A stretch of DNA of 64,000 nucleotides from Stegostoma tigrinum. Taxonomy: Eukaryota. The notes under the pieces were generated by a model that saw only the letters and a program-made list of their open reading frames with translations, was not told the origin of the DNA and searched no databases. Positions 1 to 12,084 of this stretch are shown here, in pieces (the first letter of the stretch is position 1; each line of letters starts with the position of its first letter). The stretch lies in contig NC_081372.1 in assembly GCF_030684315.1 (NCBI RefSeq), forward strand, positions 40,058,457 to 40,122,456, read 5' to 3'. A program made the translations under genes and the position numbers.

Positions 1-478
1 GGATGTTGCCTGACATGGAGGGTGCTAGCTATGAAGAAAGGTTGAATAGATTAGGATTATTTTCATTAGAAAGATGGAGATTGAGGGGAGGCCTGATTGA
101 GGTCTATAAAATCATGAGGAGATTAGAAAAGGTGGATAGCAAGAAGATTTTTCCCAGAGTTGGGGACTCAATTACCAGGGGCCATGAGTTCAAAGTGAGA
201 GGAGGAAAGTTTAGGGAAGATATGCGTGGAAAGTTCTTTACGCAGAGGGTGGTGGGTACCTAGAATGTGTTGCCAGCGGAGGTGGTAGATGCAGACACGT
301 TAGCGTCTTTTAAAATATATCTGGACAGGTACATGGATGGGCAGGGAGCCAAGGGATACAGACCCTTAGAAAATAGATGACAGGTTTAGACTGAGAATAT
401 CAATCGGCACAGGCTTGGAGGGCCGAAGGGCCTGTTCCTGTGCTGTAATTTTCTTTGTTCTTTGTTCTTTGTTCTTTG
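1..478 (+). mobile_element. CR1 LINE 3' end (ORF2 C-terminus, 3' UTR, microsatellite tail)
   Basis: ORF 3-263 YEERLNRLGLFSLERWRLRGGLIEVYKIM...FFTQRVV is the CR1 ORF2 C-terminal motif; ends in (TTTGTTC)n at ~452-478. Confidence 0.93.
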
Positions 479-594
479 AAGAAATATAAGCAGGACAAAA
501 ACTCATCGATCCTCAAGCCTGTATCATCATCGCATCTTTGACCTACATCCTTTCACTGAATCCCATAAACCTTTGCCCTCCATTGATGGAGGGG

Positions 595-920
595 TAATCC
601 AGGGCCCTAGTGGTAATCCAGCTAGTAAGCTTAGGACAGAGGATCGAACCCACCATAACAAATGGTGAAAATTGCATTGAATAAAAATTTAGAATAAAAA
701 TATGAATCTAATGATGGCCTTGAAACCACAGTCAATTTTGTTGTTAAAAAAAACACCCAAATGGCTCATTTATGTCCTCCGGGGAAGGAACTTTGCCATC
801 ATTGTCTGGTCTAAATACAGGTGGGTCCAGACACACAGCAATGTGGTTAACTCCAAGCTGCCCTGTGCGTGATCAGGGATGATCAATAATTGGCCTGGAC
901 AATGATGCCCTCTTCTCATT
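595..920 (+). mobile_element. tRNA-headed SINE sharing its head with the element at 3105 and its tail with the L2-like LINE
   Basis: Degenerate B box (GATCGAACC ~640), body ATGGTGAAAATTG...ATGTCCTCCGGGGAAGGAA matching 3200-3330, tail AGGGATGATCAATAATTGGCC resembling LINE tails at 36020 and 50515. Confidence 0.7.
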
Positions 921-988
921 AACATTTTTTGTTTAAAAAGCCATATCTCAACCTTTTAACGTATTAAATTCCAGAGCACTCTCAACTT

Positions 989-1268
989 AGGGTGGCACAG
1001 TGGCTGAGTGGTTAGCACTGCAGCCTCACAGCGCCAAGGACCGGGGTTCGATTCTGGCCTCAGGTGACTGTCTGTGCAAGGTTGCACATTCTCCCCAAGT
1101 CTGTGTGGGTTTCTTCCCACAGTCCAAAAATGTGCAGGCTAGGTGGATTGGCCATGCTAAATTGCCCATAGTCTTCAGGGGTGCTTGGATGGGATGCTGC
1201 AAGGGGCAGTGTGGACTTGTTGAGCCAAAGGGCCTGTTTCCATACTGTAGGGAATCTAATCTAAAAAA
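989..1268 (+). mobile_element. HE1-like (V-SINE) tRNA-derived SINE
   Basis: A box TGGCTGAGTGG, B box GGTTCGATTC, body GGCTAGGTGGATTGGCCATGCTAAATTGCCC, CR1-type tail GGGCCTGTTTCCATACTGTAGGGAATCTAATCTAAAAA. Confidence 0.88.
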
Positions 1269-1704
1269 CAAATTCTTGAAGGTAGAGAATATGAAAGATT
1301 CACAACACTCAAAGTAACTAAATTTCTCCTCAACTCCAAAATGGCCAACTCTTTTTCTTAAGATTATGATCTCTGTTTCAAGATTATCCAATCTCAGAAA
1401 ACAGCCTCTCAGCATCTACGCTGACAAACTTCCTCAAAAGCCTTTAGTTCCAATGAGATTCCATCTGATTCTTTTAAACACCAGAATTTTAAAATTCATT
1501 CTGCTTAATGTTGCCTCTTGGGACAATCCTGTCACCCAGGAATCAATTTCACAAACCTTCATGAAACACTCTTAAGACAGGTTTATCTTGCATTTGGTAT
1601 GGAAACCAAAACTATGCATAATCACTCAGACATTTGCCTCAAGTTTAATAGAGCCAAGGAACAATGTTATTTTAAAATGGCGATAGACCTCGCCATGAGG
1701 GATA

Positions 1705-1937
1705 AAATTTTTACAGATAGGGTGTTTCGCGCGTGGCATGAGGAAGTGGTGGATGTGGGTGCAATTACAACTTTTAAAATACATTTGGATAAGTACGTGA
1801 ATTTGAAATATTTGGAAGGATACAAGCAAAGAGTAGGCAGGTGGGACTAGTTTAGTTTGTGATAATGTTCGGCATGGACTAGTTGGACCGAAGGTTCAGT
1901 TTCTGTGCTGTATGATTCAATGATTATGACTCTATGA
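1705..1937 (+). mobile_element. CR1 LINE 3' fragment
   Basis: FTDRVFRAWHEEVVD...FKIHLDKY followed by a CR1 3' UTR ending CTGTGCTGTATGATTC...ATGACTCTATG. Confidence 0.8.
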
Positions 1938-2113
1938 TGAGAAGTTTCTAAAATATTGATATGTAGAGTATTCAAACTGTCTGAAAAAAGCCTAAAGACA
2001 ACAAGTAACAATCACCTTCTCTGTAGAATCTATGCGAGACAAAGTAAAATGGGTGCTGAAAACTCCTTGTCTGTTTTGGTGGTACTTTGACAACCTTGAT
2101 CATAAGAGATTGA

Positions 2114-2312
2114 TAAAATGTGAGGCTGGATGAACACAGCAGGCCAAGCAGCATCTCAGGAGCACAAAAGCTGACGTTTCGGCCCTTCATCAGGGTCTAG
2201 GCCCGAAACATCAGCTTTTGTGCTCCTGAGATGCTGCTTGGCCTGCTGTGTTCATCCAGCCTCACATTTTATTATCTTGGAATTCTCCAGCATCTGCAGT
2301 TCCCATTATCTC
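2114..2312. mobile_element. Fold-back Penelope-like terminal mini-element (family A) with 14-bp TSD
   Basis: GCTGGATGAACACAGCAGGCCAAGCAGCATC... followed by its reverse complement; flanked by TCATAAGAGATTGA at 2100-2113 and 2313-2326; same terminus caps the GIY-YIG elements at 32230 and 60410. Confidence 0.88.
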
Positions 2313-3104
2313 TCATAAGAGATTGAAGCTTCTTCATTGGTATAGATTGCTTCCATTGTGAGCCAATAGTCAACTATCACATAATCAAAACTCCTCATTG
2401 TGAAAAACAGTGATTCAAAGCTTGTCTGTTAGATACTGAAAGGGAGTAAAATCAGAAAGGTCTGTATGATGGAATAGACAGCAATTCTTTATCTCAAATT
2501 TTGTTTGAACTTGGGACACTATCTCAATTATAATTTGGCAAACGTCACAACGACCAAGAGTTTAGGAATAGAAGGAACTTGAAATGTTATAGCACCCACT
2601 CTGGAGAAGAACTGTTTGCAGTATGTTGGACAATATGTCCAGAAGTATTTCGGAACTTGTCTGTACATCACCTAAACTTTAAGACAAATATTGGAACTTA
2701 TATTCATTTTCTTCTTATAGACTTTAACTTATAAATTCACCTCTGCTTACTCTGCAATGCTTTGTTTGTTTGTATGTGTCTGTATATGTCACAGGAAACC
2801 TAACATATTTTGCCTTTTAATAATGTTATACTCTTAATTGACTGAGTTTCAAAGAATAACACAAATTCATTAATTGCTAAATCAAAAGGTTTAATTGCTT
2901 TGCTTCTTTATAGTTGTATGTGTTTCTGCTTTTGAGTATCTCCAACAGCTTGATATCCTTTGTAAATGTGCTACCCATTTAAATCCCATTACAGAATTGT
3001 AACTTTTTGTATGCAATTGGTTTCCAGACTCAAAACAGCTTTGGGGTCAACGTGAAGGAACGAATCCACATCCAGACCTACATATGACTGAACTACAAAC
3101 CGAG

Positions 3105-3855
3105 TGGAGGCGTGTGATGTGGCGGTAATGTCTCTCTGTTTGTAACCAAGAAGACCAGGCAAATGTTTTGGACATGTGTGTTCAAATCTTCGTGGCAGAT
3201 GGTGAAATTTGAATCCAATATCTGGAATTAAGAGCTAATCTAACAGTGACCGTATAACAATTATTAACTGACATTTAAAAAAATGTCCATCTGATTCACT
3301 AATGTCTTATAGGGAGGAAATCTACCATTCCCGCCAGGTTTAACCCACATGAGACCTCAGACTTACAGAAATGCAGTTGATCCTTAACTGCATTTTGAAA
3401 TGGCTAAACAAGCCATTTAGTTGTGTCATACCACTACAAAGTCTGTCTAAATAAAGGATTCAAACCAGATGGGCCAACAATGCACATGTGGACAAAAGAA
3501 ATAATAATGGAAAACACATCCTTATTGATACTGCACGACCTCCTTATCAACTTCTGGAGATTTGTGTCAAAATTATTTGTGCTATCCCAGCAGCCTGACA
3601 CAATAAAACTCACAGAATCATACTTTACAGGCACAACTATTCAACAGGATGGATCCCCAAAGGTGGGAGCGCTGTGATGTACAGTTCAGAAGAAGTTGAC
3701 CTGGGAGTTCTCAATATTGAAACTGGATCATTGAAGTCTCGTGCTTCGGGTCATACCTCCATACCTCCTACCCTGATGAAGCAATACTATTTCAAGTAGA
3801 ACACCACTTGGAAGAAACGCTGAGGGTGTCGAGGACACAGAATGTACTCTACAAA
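3105..3855 (+). mobile_element. 5' part of a CR1-group/L2-like LINE: tRNA-like head followed by degraded APE endonuclease
   Basis: B box GTTCAAATC at 3180-3188; ORF 3423-3677 contains LINFWRFVSKL...QQPDTIKLTESY, matching APE motifs N.WGL..K and QPDI..LTES. Confidence 0.7.
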
Positions 3856-6330
3856 GAATGAAGAAAATAGAATAATACAGCACAGGAACAGACCCTTCAA
3901 TCCACCAAGACTGTGCCAATTGATGATGCCTTTCTAAACAAAAAAACCTTTTCACCTCTACATATCCATTTCCCTCTATTCCCTGCCTATTCATGTATCT
4001 GTCAAGATGACTCTTAAGTGTTGCAATTGTATCAACCTCCATCGCCTCCTATGACCAGTGCACTCCCTACCCTCTGTACAAAAAAAAGCTGGCCTCTGAC
4101 ATCTTCTTTAAATTTACCCATTTTTACATTAAACCTATGTCCCCTAGTAATTGAAATTTCTACCTGGAGAAAAGAACTCAAACTACTCTTTCAATTCATG
4201 CCTGTCATAATTTTGTAAACTTCTATCAGGTCACCCCTCATCCTTCAACGGTCAAGTGAAAACAAGCCAAGTTTGCCCAATCTCTCCTCATAACTTCTCC
4301 CCTCCAAACCTGGCAACATCCTAGTAAAACTTTTCTGTATATACTTCAATGTCTCCACATCCCTCTGGTAGTGTGGACAACTAGACCTGTACACAATACT
4401 CCAAATATTGCTGGAAGTTCTATACTGCTGTAACATGACTTGCCAATATTTATACTCTGCGCCCTGACTGATGAAGGCTAGCATGCCATATGACTTCTTG
4501 ATCACCTTATTCACTTATTCAGAGAACTGATCACTTGTACTCCTAGATTGCTCTATATATTGATGCTACTCAGGGTTCTGCAATTTACTGTAAGGTTTCC
4601 TCCTATATTAGATCTTCCAAAATGTATCACCTGTTATCTTTGTAACGTTCAAGGGCTCTGTGTATCATCAGTTTCCTAAATCTTACTTGTGCCTTCTTTT
4701 TCTTTTTGACTCAATTTCTCTTGTCATCCAATGTTCCAGCATCTTGCCATCTTAACCTTCATTTTCATAGGAATATGCTGGTCCAGAACTCGAATCAACT
4801 GGCCTTTAAAATATTCCCACATTCAGATGTGGATTTACCTTCAAACAGCTGCCCCCAATCTGCATACCCCAGTTTCTGCCCCAAATTAGTACTTTCACCT
4901 GATGACTACTCTTATGCTTATTCATATTTAACTTAAAACTTATAGAATTATAGTCACTGTTCTCGAAATGCTTCCTCCACTGAACCTTTGATCACCTGGC
5001 CAGGCTCATTCCCCAATGTTAGATCTAGTATGATCCCTTCCGTAGTTGGACAATTTACATATTGTTTCAAGAAATCCTTCTGGGTGCACCTAACAAATTC
5101 CCTCTATCCAAGCCGCTGTCACTAAGAGAGTCCCCGTTAATATTGGAGAGGTTAAAATGACCCACAACAACAACCTTGTTGTTTTTACATTTTTCTAAAA
5201 CTTGTCCATGGAACTATTCTTCTATCTCCCACTGACTGTTGGGAGGCCTGAGGTACAATTCCATCAATGTAATTATACCCTTCGTATTCCCGAGTTCTAC
5301 CCATATGGCCTCACTGGATGAGCCCTCAAGGTTTCCTCCCCCTGTAGAGCTGCAATATTTCCCCCGTATCAGTAACACAATTCCCCCACCTCTTTTATGT
5401 CCCTCTCAATCTCACCTAAGCCATCTAAATCCTGGAACATTAAGCTGCCAGTCTTGTCCTTCTCTCAACCGAGCCTCTATAATAGTTACAACATCATAGT
5501 TAGATGCACTAATCCATGCTTTAAGTTCATCTGTTTTACTTGACACAATCCTTGCATCAAAACAAATACACCTCAGACTGCCAGCCCTGCTGTGTTCAGT
5601 AACATCTCCCTGTCCATTCTTCCTCTTATTCTTACTGGCCTTAGTCTTTGACTCCTCCTTGGCCATTCTACTTGCTCTAGTTCACACCCCTCTGCCATAC
5701 TAATTTTACACTTCCTGAATGACACTAGCAAACCTCCCTGCCAGGAAACTGGGGCCTCTCCAGTTAAGATGCAACCCATCCTCCTTGTACAGGTCCCACC
5801 TGCACTGGAAGATATTCCAAAGATCAACATACCTGAAGCCCTCCCTCCTACGCCACTTCTTTATCCATGTATTTAACTGTGTTATCTTCCTATTCCCAGC
5901 CTCACTGGCACATGGTGCAGGAAGTAATCCTGATATTACAACATTTGAGCTCTGGCTTTTCAACTTCCGACCTAACTCGCTGAACTCCCTTTCCTATGTC
6001 ATTGGTACCAGTATGTACCATGGCTCAACCTGCCCTTCAGAATATCCTGTGCCTGCTCAGAGACATCCTTGACCCTGGCACCAGGGAGGCAACGCACCAT
6101 CCTGAAGTGTTGCTCACGGCCAAAGAAATGCCCATCTGTGCCCCTGACTATTGAATCCCCTTTCACTGCTGCTCATCTACATTTCAATCCTCCTGCCTTC
6201 CAACAGTGAGAATCATGATGCTTCTGATCTGGCTGCTGCTGTTGCTTTCCCCTAAAAGGCCACCACCACCCCCCTCTCTCCACCAAGCAGTACCCAAAAG
6301 ACTAAAACTAATAGAATGGGGAATGGCCAC
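3856..6330 (-). mobile_element. Internally deleted CR1 LINE: ORF1 SGNH esterase, endonuclease start, ORF2 C-terminus and tail
   Basis: 5706-5963 VVISGLLP...WDLYKEDGLHLNWRG (esterase DxxH block); 5412-5666 CICFDARIVSSKTDEL...YDVVTIIEARL (APE); 4245-4514 KKSYGMLAFISQG...YEERLGKLGLFSL. Confidence 0.9.
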
Positions 6331-6759
6331 AGGGGACTCCCATTTCAAGCTTTATCAATTTAATCAGTCCTAACAACTGCAGACAATAATCCCGACTGAC
6401 TACACAACCTTCCCTCTTGTTACCAAACTAAGGTTTCTAACTCCTGCTGTCTTTTCCTAACAGATCACAACTACAAAAACGTAAATACGTTATCTCTCTA
6501 CATGCACTTCTGACTCAGTCTGCATTCCTGGTTCCTGAACAGCTCTGTCAAGGTCACATTTTGAGTCATTATGTCACCTCTGATGCTCTGCACCTAGATT
6601 CAACTCCATGTTCGCTCTGACTGATCCCATTCCTCTGGTACTTATCCTGGTGCTGCTGTTCACTGCCAGGTTTTCTCTCCTTTCCTCTGTTGCTGTTCAG
6701 ACTGACCTCAGTCTTGGCCCTCCTCCTCAGGTATTTATCGTACTGCTACAAATTGAAAG

Positions 6760-6895
6760 AACAAGAGACACTAGAAATCAGAAAGACAAACAGAAATTGC
6801 TGGAAAAACTCAGCAGGTCTGGCAGCATCCGTGGCAAGAAAACAGAGTTAACATTTCAAGTTTAGTAACCCCTCTTCAGAACAGCTCTGAAGAAC
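6760..6895 (-). mobile_element. Penelope-like terminal fragment (family B)
   Basis: TGCTGGAAAAACTCAGCAGGTCTGGCAGCATC...AGAGTTAACATTTCAAG...CTCTTCAG; reverse complement carries degenerate CTGAAGA...GAAATGTT. Confidence 0.7.
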
Positions 6896-6954
6896 CCTAG
6901 GTTCCATCTCCATAGTTCTGTTGCTGTTGCTGCTATCAGTGCTTGGATTAACCT

Positions 6955-7165
6955 CCAGGTGAGAACCACAATGTCCAGCATCCTGGGTATTACCACTGAC
7001 CAGAAACTGAACTGAGCCAGCCATACAAATGCTGTGCATTTCTCTACATTTCAAGGGCAGCAGCCATTCGAGAAGGTAACTAGCTGACAGCTTCTCCAAC
7101 AAGGATTGCAGAATAAATGCTGGACTGACCGTGATGCACAGGTCCCATGGACAAATGAAAAAAAA
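6955..7165 (+). mobile_element. 3' end of the L2-like LINE, probable continuation of 3105-3855
   Basis: ATCCTGGGTATTACCACTGACCAGAAACTGAACTG (ILGITTDQKLN) and tail AATAAATGCTGGACTGACCGTGATGCACAGGTCCCATG. Confidence 0.7.
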
Positions 7166-9201
7166 CAGCATTATAGTGAAGGATGAAAACAGGTCGCTGC
7201 AACCTAATAAACATTGTTGATTATTAGATAAATGAAGACATACGGAAGATGACAAGTTGCAACATTTTAGGAAACTTGCAGGAAGAAGAAAAAATATTTT
7301 AAATGTCGTCCTTTAAAATCAAACTCAGTGTGAAAGCAAAATATGAAGTTTACAGAAATTCAAAGCAAGATTTGTATCCAAGGCCTTACATTTCAAAAAA
7401 AACTGTAATATTCAGCTGTAGAAAGACTGTTCAAGAATCAAAATATTTTACATCAACAGTTATCAATCAATGGCCATGTGTTTCATATAAATGCCCTCTC
7501 CTGTGTAGATATGGGCTTTTTCAATTGTGCATACAAAAATATCTGTCAGAATGTAAGCTATAAACAATCTTTGCTACACGTTTGCATTTTTACTGAGTAA
7601 GATATATTGAAAATGTGGAAATTTGGAAAGCACACATTGATTTTAGAATTGTACCCATGCAGTCTCCGCACTGTAAATGAGAAATGAAAATATTGGGCTT
7701 GCATAACGCAAAGTTGAGAAAAATAATTTAGAATAGTTTACTGCAGGGAGAAGGAACAATTATTTTCAATAATCTTAACATGTCAAGGTATGTGTATTGT
7801 TTCTGGAGATTTAGGCCACTACAAGCATCAATTAGTTTTTAACTCAGAAGGTTGTTCTTTCTAAGGGCAGAATTTTCTCAGTGTCTGAGCAGCACAGTCA
7901 ATGGAGAGAAAATTGGGAGATACGGCACGAATGAAGAAAAGAGATTCTTGTCACCAGAAAAAATCTGATCTACCTCCACAGGTTTCAAAGGCTGTTCAAA
8001 GGTTTCAATGTCGAGGGTGCTTTTGAATGTATTAACAATACCTGATCCCACCTCATTTATATGCTGATTGCTGTTTTGCCAGCTTCTGGTGAGAAACTAG
8101 ACAGTTTTGGTTCTCCACTTGAAAAGTGGAGCACGTACCAGGAGGTTGCAGCTCACTATTTTTTCTGGGTCTCCGTCTTGGTTAGCAGTCCACAACACCT
8201 CAGGGCAGTCAATGGGCAGCGACCAGCTGCAGTCTCCATCCATGGAAGAAGGCACCTGAAAAGCACCCGCCTCACCACCTTATCATGGCATTTCTCAGAC
8301 TAATTTATAATAGAGTTCAGCACTTCATTGCTCACCAACACCTCACCCTGAAATGCTGCTGCCGGGCTATTTTTGCAGGGACAGACATCCATCTTATGCA
8401 TCAAAACAGTTTGCATTTTGAGTTGTCATACCTACACCTTGTGCCAAGCAAAACATAACAAAGGTGTTTCAACCAATTGTCCATGTCTAAATGTCTAGGG
8501 GAATTAGTTCCTGAGTCCAGTCAAGGGTGAGTATGTTCAATTGGGGAATACCACCACAGTCAAGGATATTGTCCGATTTCAGTCCAGTGAATTTGCCACT
8601 GTCACTTTGTGGCTTCGCCTGTTCAGGGTTGAGGGTTCCATATCCTGATGGACCAGAAACTGAGCCCCATTCAGTCCTGTAAGTTGATCCTAACTAGTCT
8701 GAGGGGTACTGATAAGTAAGTCAGGGAGCTGCCCAGGCATCAGTCAAGGGTCTGGTCTGTCACCATTCAGGGTATCCTCTCAAGTTGGTCTGGCAGGTGG
8801 GCTACAGTCAGTCCTGGGGATGTGTGCACTAAATGTGAAGGGAAATTATTATCAGGATGCACTGCTGAACTGGGGAGATTGGGGAAATCAAGTGAGGTGA
8901 TTGGAGTCAGAAAGCTGTGACACATAGAGGACAATCAGTGGGAACAGCAACATCACCACTATCAGGATGGGAGACAATATAGAATGGAAGGGCACTGAGT
9001 ATTGTGGGAGCAGGTATTACCGATGGTCACTGCTATCCTGGCTTGATGGTGAGACAGTCGAGCATTGCTGTCAGCAGGTCTTGGTCTTAGGGTACAAACT
9101 GGCAAGATGAATAATTAAATGAAAAGATTGGGTGGAAACATGGGGAGGTTCAAAGTTGATAGGGTTGACAAAGACTGTTTCGCAGAAAGGAGCATGAAGG
9201 G

Positions 9202-9205
<4 letters not shown>

Positions 9206-9269
<64 letters not shown>
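9206..9269. repeat. (TG)32 microsatellite
   Basis: Perfect TG dinucleotide run. Confidence 0.98.
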
Positions 9270-9271
<2 letters not shown>

Positions 9272-9469
9272 GCCTTCCACCTTCATCTGATTCTCAACTG
9301 CACAATAAATATGGAAAAAGGCTTCCAGCACAACGAGAGTGGGTGGAGAATATATCTTTGTCTGTGGGAGTGGAATCCACTGTGAGGCCATTTGAGGGAC
9401 AATCGCATTCGCCAGCCACTCAAATATTCCAAATTAGAGACATCTGCAATCACAAGATTCACCATAATA

Positions 9470-9595
9470 ACAAAACAAAGAATCATGGATACTGGAGATC
9501 TGAAACAAAAACAGAAAGTGCTGGAGAAACTTAGCAGCTCTGGCGGCATCTGTGGAAAATGAAGCAGAGTTAATGTTTCAAGTCCAGTACACGAC
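9470..9595 (-). mobile_element. Penelope-like terminal fragment (family B)
   Basis: CTGGAGATCTGAAACAAAAACAGAAAGTGCTGGAGAAACTTAGCAGCTCTGGCGGCATCTGTGG...AGAGTTAATGTTTCAAGTCC. Confidence 0.7.
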
Positions 9596-9824
9596 ATGCT
9601 TTAATCAATTATATTCCCCACAAATCTCAGGCATGAGCAATGCTGACCATGACATTGATCATTACAAATGCCTCTTCATAATATTTGTACAGCAGAAGTA
9701 ATCCAGGTGACCTTTCTCACATGATGTGGGGTTGGGAGTTGAGTGACATGGTTCATGCTGCATGCATGTGAATTAGGTCTGATATGTCAGAAATCTATGT
9801 GAAGACATCCCATGTCCCTCCCTA

Positions 9825-10430
9825 TCTGTGGCCTCCATGTCCCATTGTATCAACAATGCTGGTAAAATCTCATTTGTGTGTGCCGTGACTGATGACAGCT
9901 CACATTGCTAAGGAGCCGTTTTGCTTCTGATATTCCCCACTTACAGTAATTCTTACAGCAGCCATATTTTAACAATGGCACATAGAAATTAAGTAGGAGG
10001 AAAAATCAGTAGCAAGACAAGGACTAGGGCCAGCTGAAACCTCTAGCAGGCTCTTTACATGAAAGAGGCACAGCAGCAGATCTCCTCAGGCTACATAGGA
10101 GGGTTCCAGATGATTTATACACATCCCACCCCCAGTCATGGCTGATGTCTCTATTTAACAAACCCCACGACTAAGGGCAGGCATACATACACAGCTGCTC
10201 ATTCTTTTACCAAGGCCATCGGGGAGCAGACCACAGACCTCCTGAAGATTCTAGAGGTTCTGGTGCTTGGATAGATCTGGGGAGGAGGGACATTTCATGT
10301 AAGACATTCTAAATATAGAGCATTGTACAATCCTTTGCGTGCACTAGAGCAGATAGAGAGGGATGAGTTAGAATGTGAAGAGCTGGGAGACAGGCAGCAG
10401 TTGTTCACTGAGGAAGATGAGTGGGTTTAA
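9825..10430 (+). pseudogene. HARBI1-like Harbinger DDE transposase remnant
   Basis: Manual translation across frameshifts: SVASMSHCINNAGKISFVCA (9825), HIAKEP (9901), SWLMSL (10136), NPTTKGRHTYTAAHSFTKAIGEQTTDLLK, RFWCLDRSG (10255-10281); same order as HARBI1 motifs SQASMSRCV, HVAIKAP, WLMTPL, YN.AH..T..VIE, RFRCLD. Confidence 0.75.
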
Positions 10431-10505
10431 TGGGAGGAACATAACCTTCTGAGTGACGGACCACTGTAGGATTAGGTGCAACAAGCCAGACAGGGCTTAA
10501 CTGTC

Positions 10506-10621
10506 GTTTAACTGTTAACTGTTCTGAAGAAGGGTCACCGGACCCAAAATGTTTACTCTGTTTTTTCCTTCACAGATGCTGACTGACCGGCTGTGCTTCT
10601 CCAGCAACATTGTCTTTGTTC
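10506..10621 (+). mobile_element. Penelope-like terminal mini-element (family B) with 13-bp TSD
   Basis: CTGAAGA-A-GGGTC-ACCG-GACCC-AAAATGTT at 10524; GGGCTTAACTGTC at 10493-10505 and 10622-10634. Confidence 0.8.
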
Positions 10622-12084
10622 GGGCTTAACTGTCACTGAGTTCCAATAGATCCAATTGACCATTAATTGACAATAAAATTGTTGTTGCTCAAAATTAAGC
10701 AGCCTCTGTCTGGTCCTAAAAGCAAAGGTTAACATGAACAGCTATGTGAAGACTTCACAACATCTGATGCTCCCACATTCAACAATAGCAACATGTTATG
10801 TCAAGAATTGGGGAAAGATAGTATAGCCTGTTGGCCTAGAGAGTACAGGTGGATTATCCTGAGGGCATTTGTGGCTAGAGAACTCGGACATGCTGAGAAT
10901 GTCTTTCAAGTTTATTTCTATTTCCTCTGAAGTCACTAAATCACATGGTCTATTGCTTCCAGAGATATTGATGGGTTTTCAGTTTATTTTATTGCTGAGA
11001 CTTAATATGAGACGTTCACAAACTCACATTTTTTTTTCAGAGGGAACTGCTGGATAGCAATCAAGTGCACCAGCCATAGTATCATATGGCAGAGGATGCA
11101 TTTAGCCTTGAAAAGATTAATCCCAATCAGTACCCCTCCTTTGCTCTTTCTCCATTATTCAGATAGTTTCCCTTTCCACTACTCGGTGACATTGAAATAA
11201 ATTTTATAACCTTTCAGCTGCCTAAGCTCACATAACACACACCAAAGTTCCAAAGTCGAAAATAACAGATTTGAATAGATATCACACATTAGAGGGCTAA
11301 GTCTAATCAGGTCTTAAACCATTGCAATGTCATGTAAGTTCAGTCCTTTTGTTAACTTCAACTTAAAACATCTAAATATGAAATGGGGAAGTATGGCTCC
11401 AAATGTCAACGTTGAATTGGCAGACTCAGTTAAATTGCTTTTCCTCTCCACTTTGAGGTGGACTTACTGTTAATCTTGCTTAACTTGAGTACAAACCGTT
11501 GCTTAAATAAAAGGAACAAAGAAAATGCCAATCATTTCCGCCCAGATTTTATGGCCTGATATAGCTTTTCTCCCTCAAATCTTTGGTGGGGGGGATGGGA
11601 AAAAAATGACCCTGTGACCTTAGCTAATCTAATATGCAAATTCAAGACCAAGGAACATTTTGCTGGACATACTGCTGAGAAGTCAGCTGATCCGCTGAGC
11701 ATTGATGGGAAACCCAATCTTTCTTTTGCAAATATGGAAATGGCGTCAGCAAGTTGTATTAAGAATCATTTTTAAACCGACAGAACAATTGCCACATTGT
11801 TCTCTTCCCACACTCCCAGCAATCACATTTACTGTAACTTTCAACTGGGAGCTGCTGTACGCTATTCTGAAGTGTACACCAGTCTGAGCAAGACTGGGGG
11901 CATACGTCTGCTTAGATAACAGCTGGTGTAGTACAGTGATTTTTTTTTAATTTAGTTTGATACAAACTGGACTTGTTTCACTGTTGGTTCATATTTTCAT
12001 GTTGCATAACTAAGCATAAAAAAATTTAATTAAAATTGCGCAGTAATGCATGTCATTGTGTCTGACCAATATGTAGAATCCTGC

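Larger units (their letters stand above)
7865..10490 (+). mobile_element. Degraded PIF/Harbinger DNA transposon (right end not found)
   Basis: TAA|GGGCAGAATTTT terminus at 7862-7876 and internal HARBI1-like coding remnants at 9825-10430; joining the two is inference. Confidence 0.5.

Noticed and set aside
989-1065. tRNA-like sequences with A and B boxes
   Set aside because: They continue into SINE bodies and tails, so they are SINE heads, not tRNA genes
2114-2312. Recurrent palindromic repeats as a CRISPR array or pre-miRNA
   Set aside because: Eukaryotic context, dispersed rather than regularly spaced, and identical to PLE termini
9071-9391. ORFs with (HT)n and (CV)n runs
   Set aside because: Translation of the TG microsatellite
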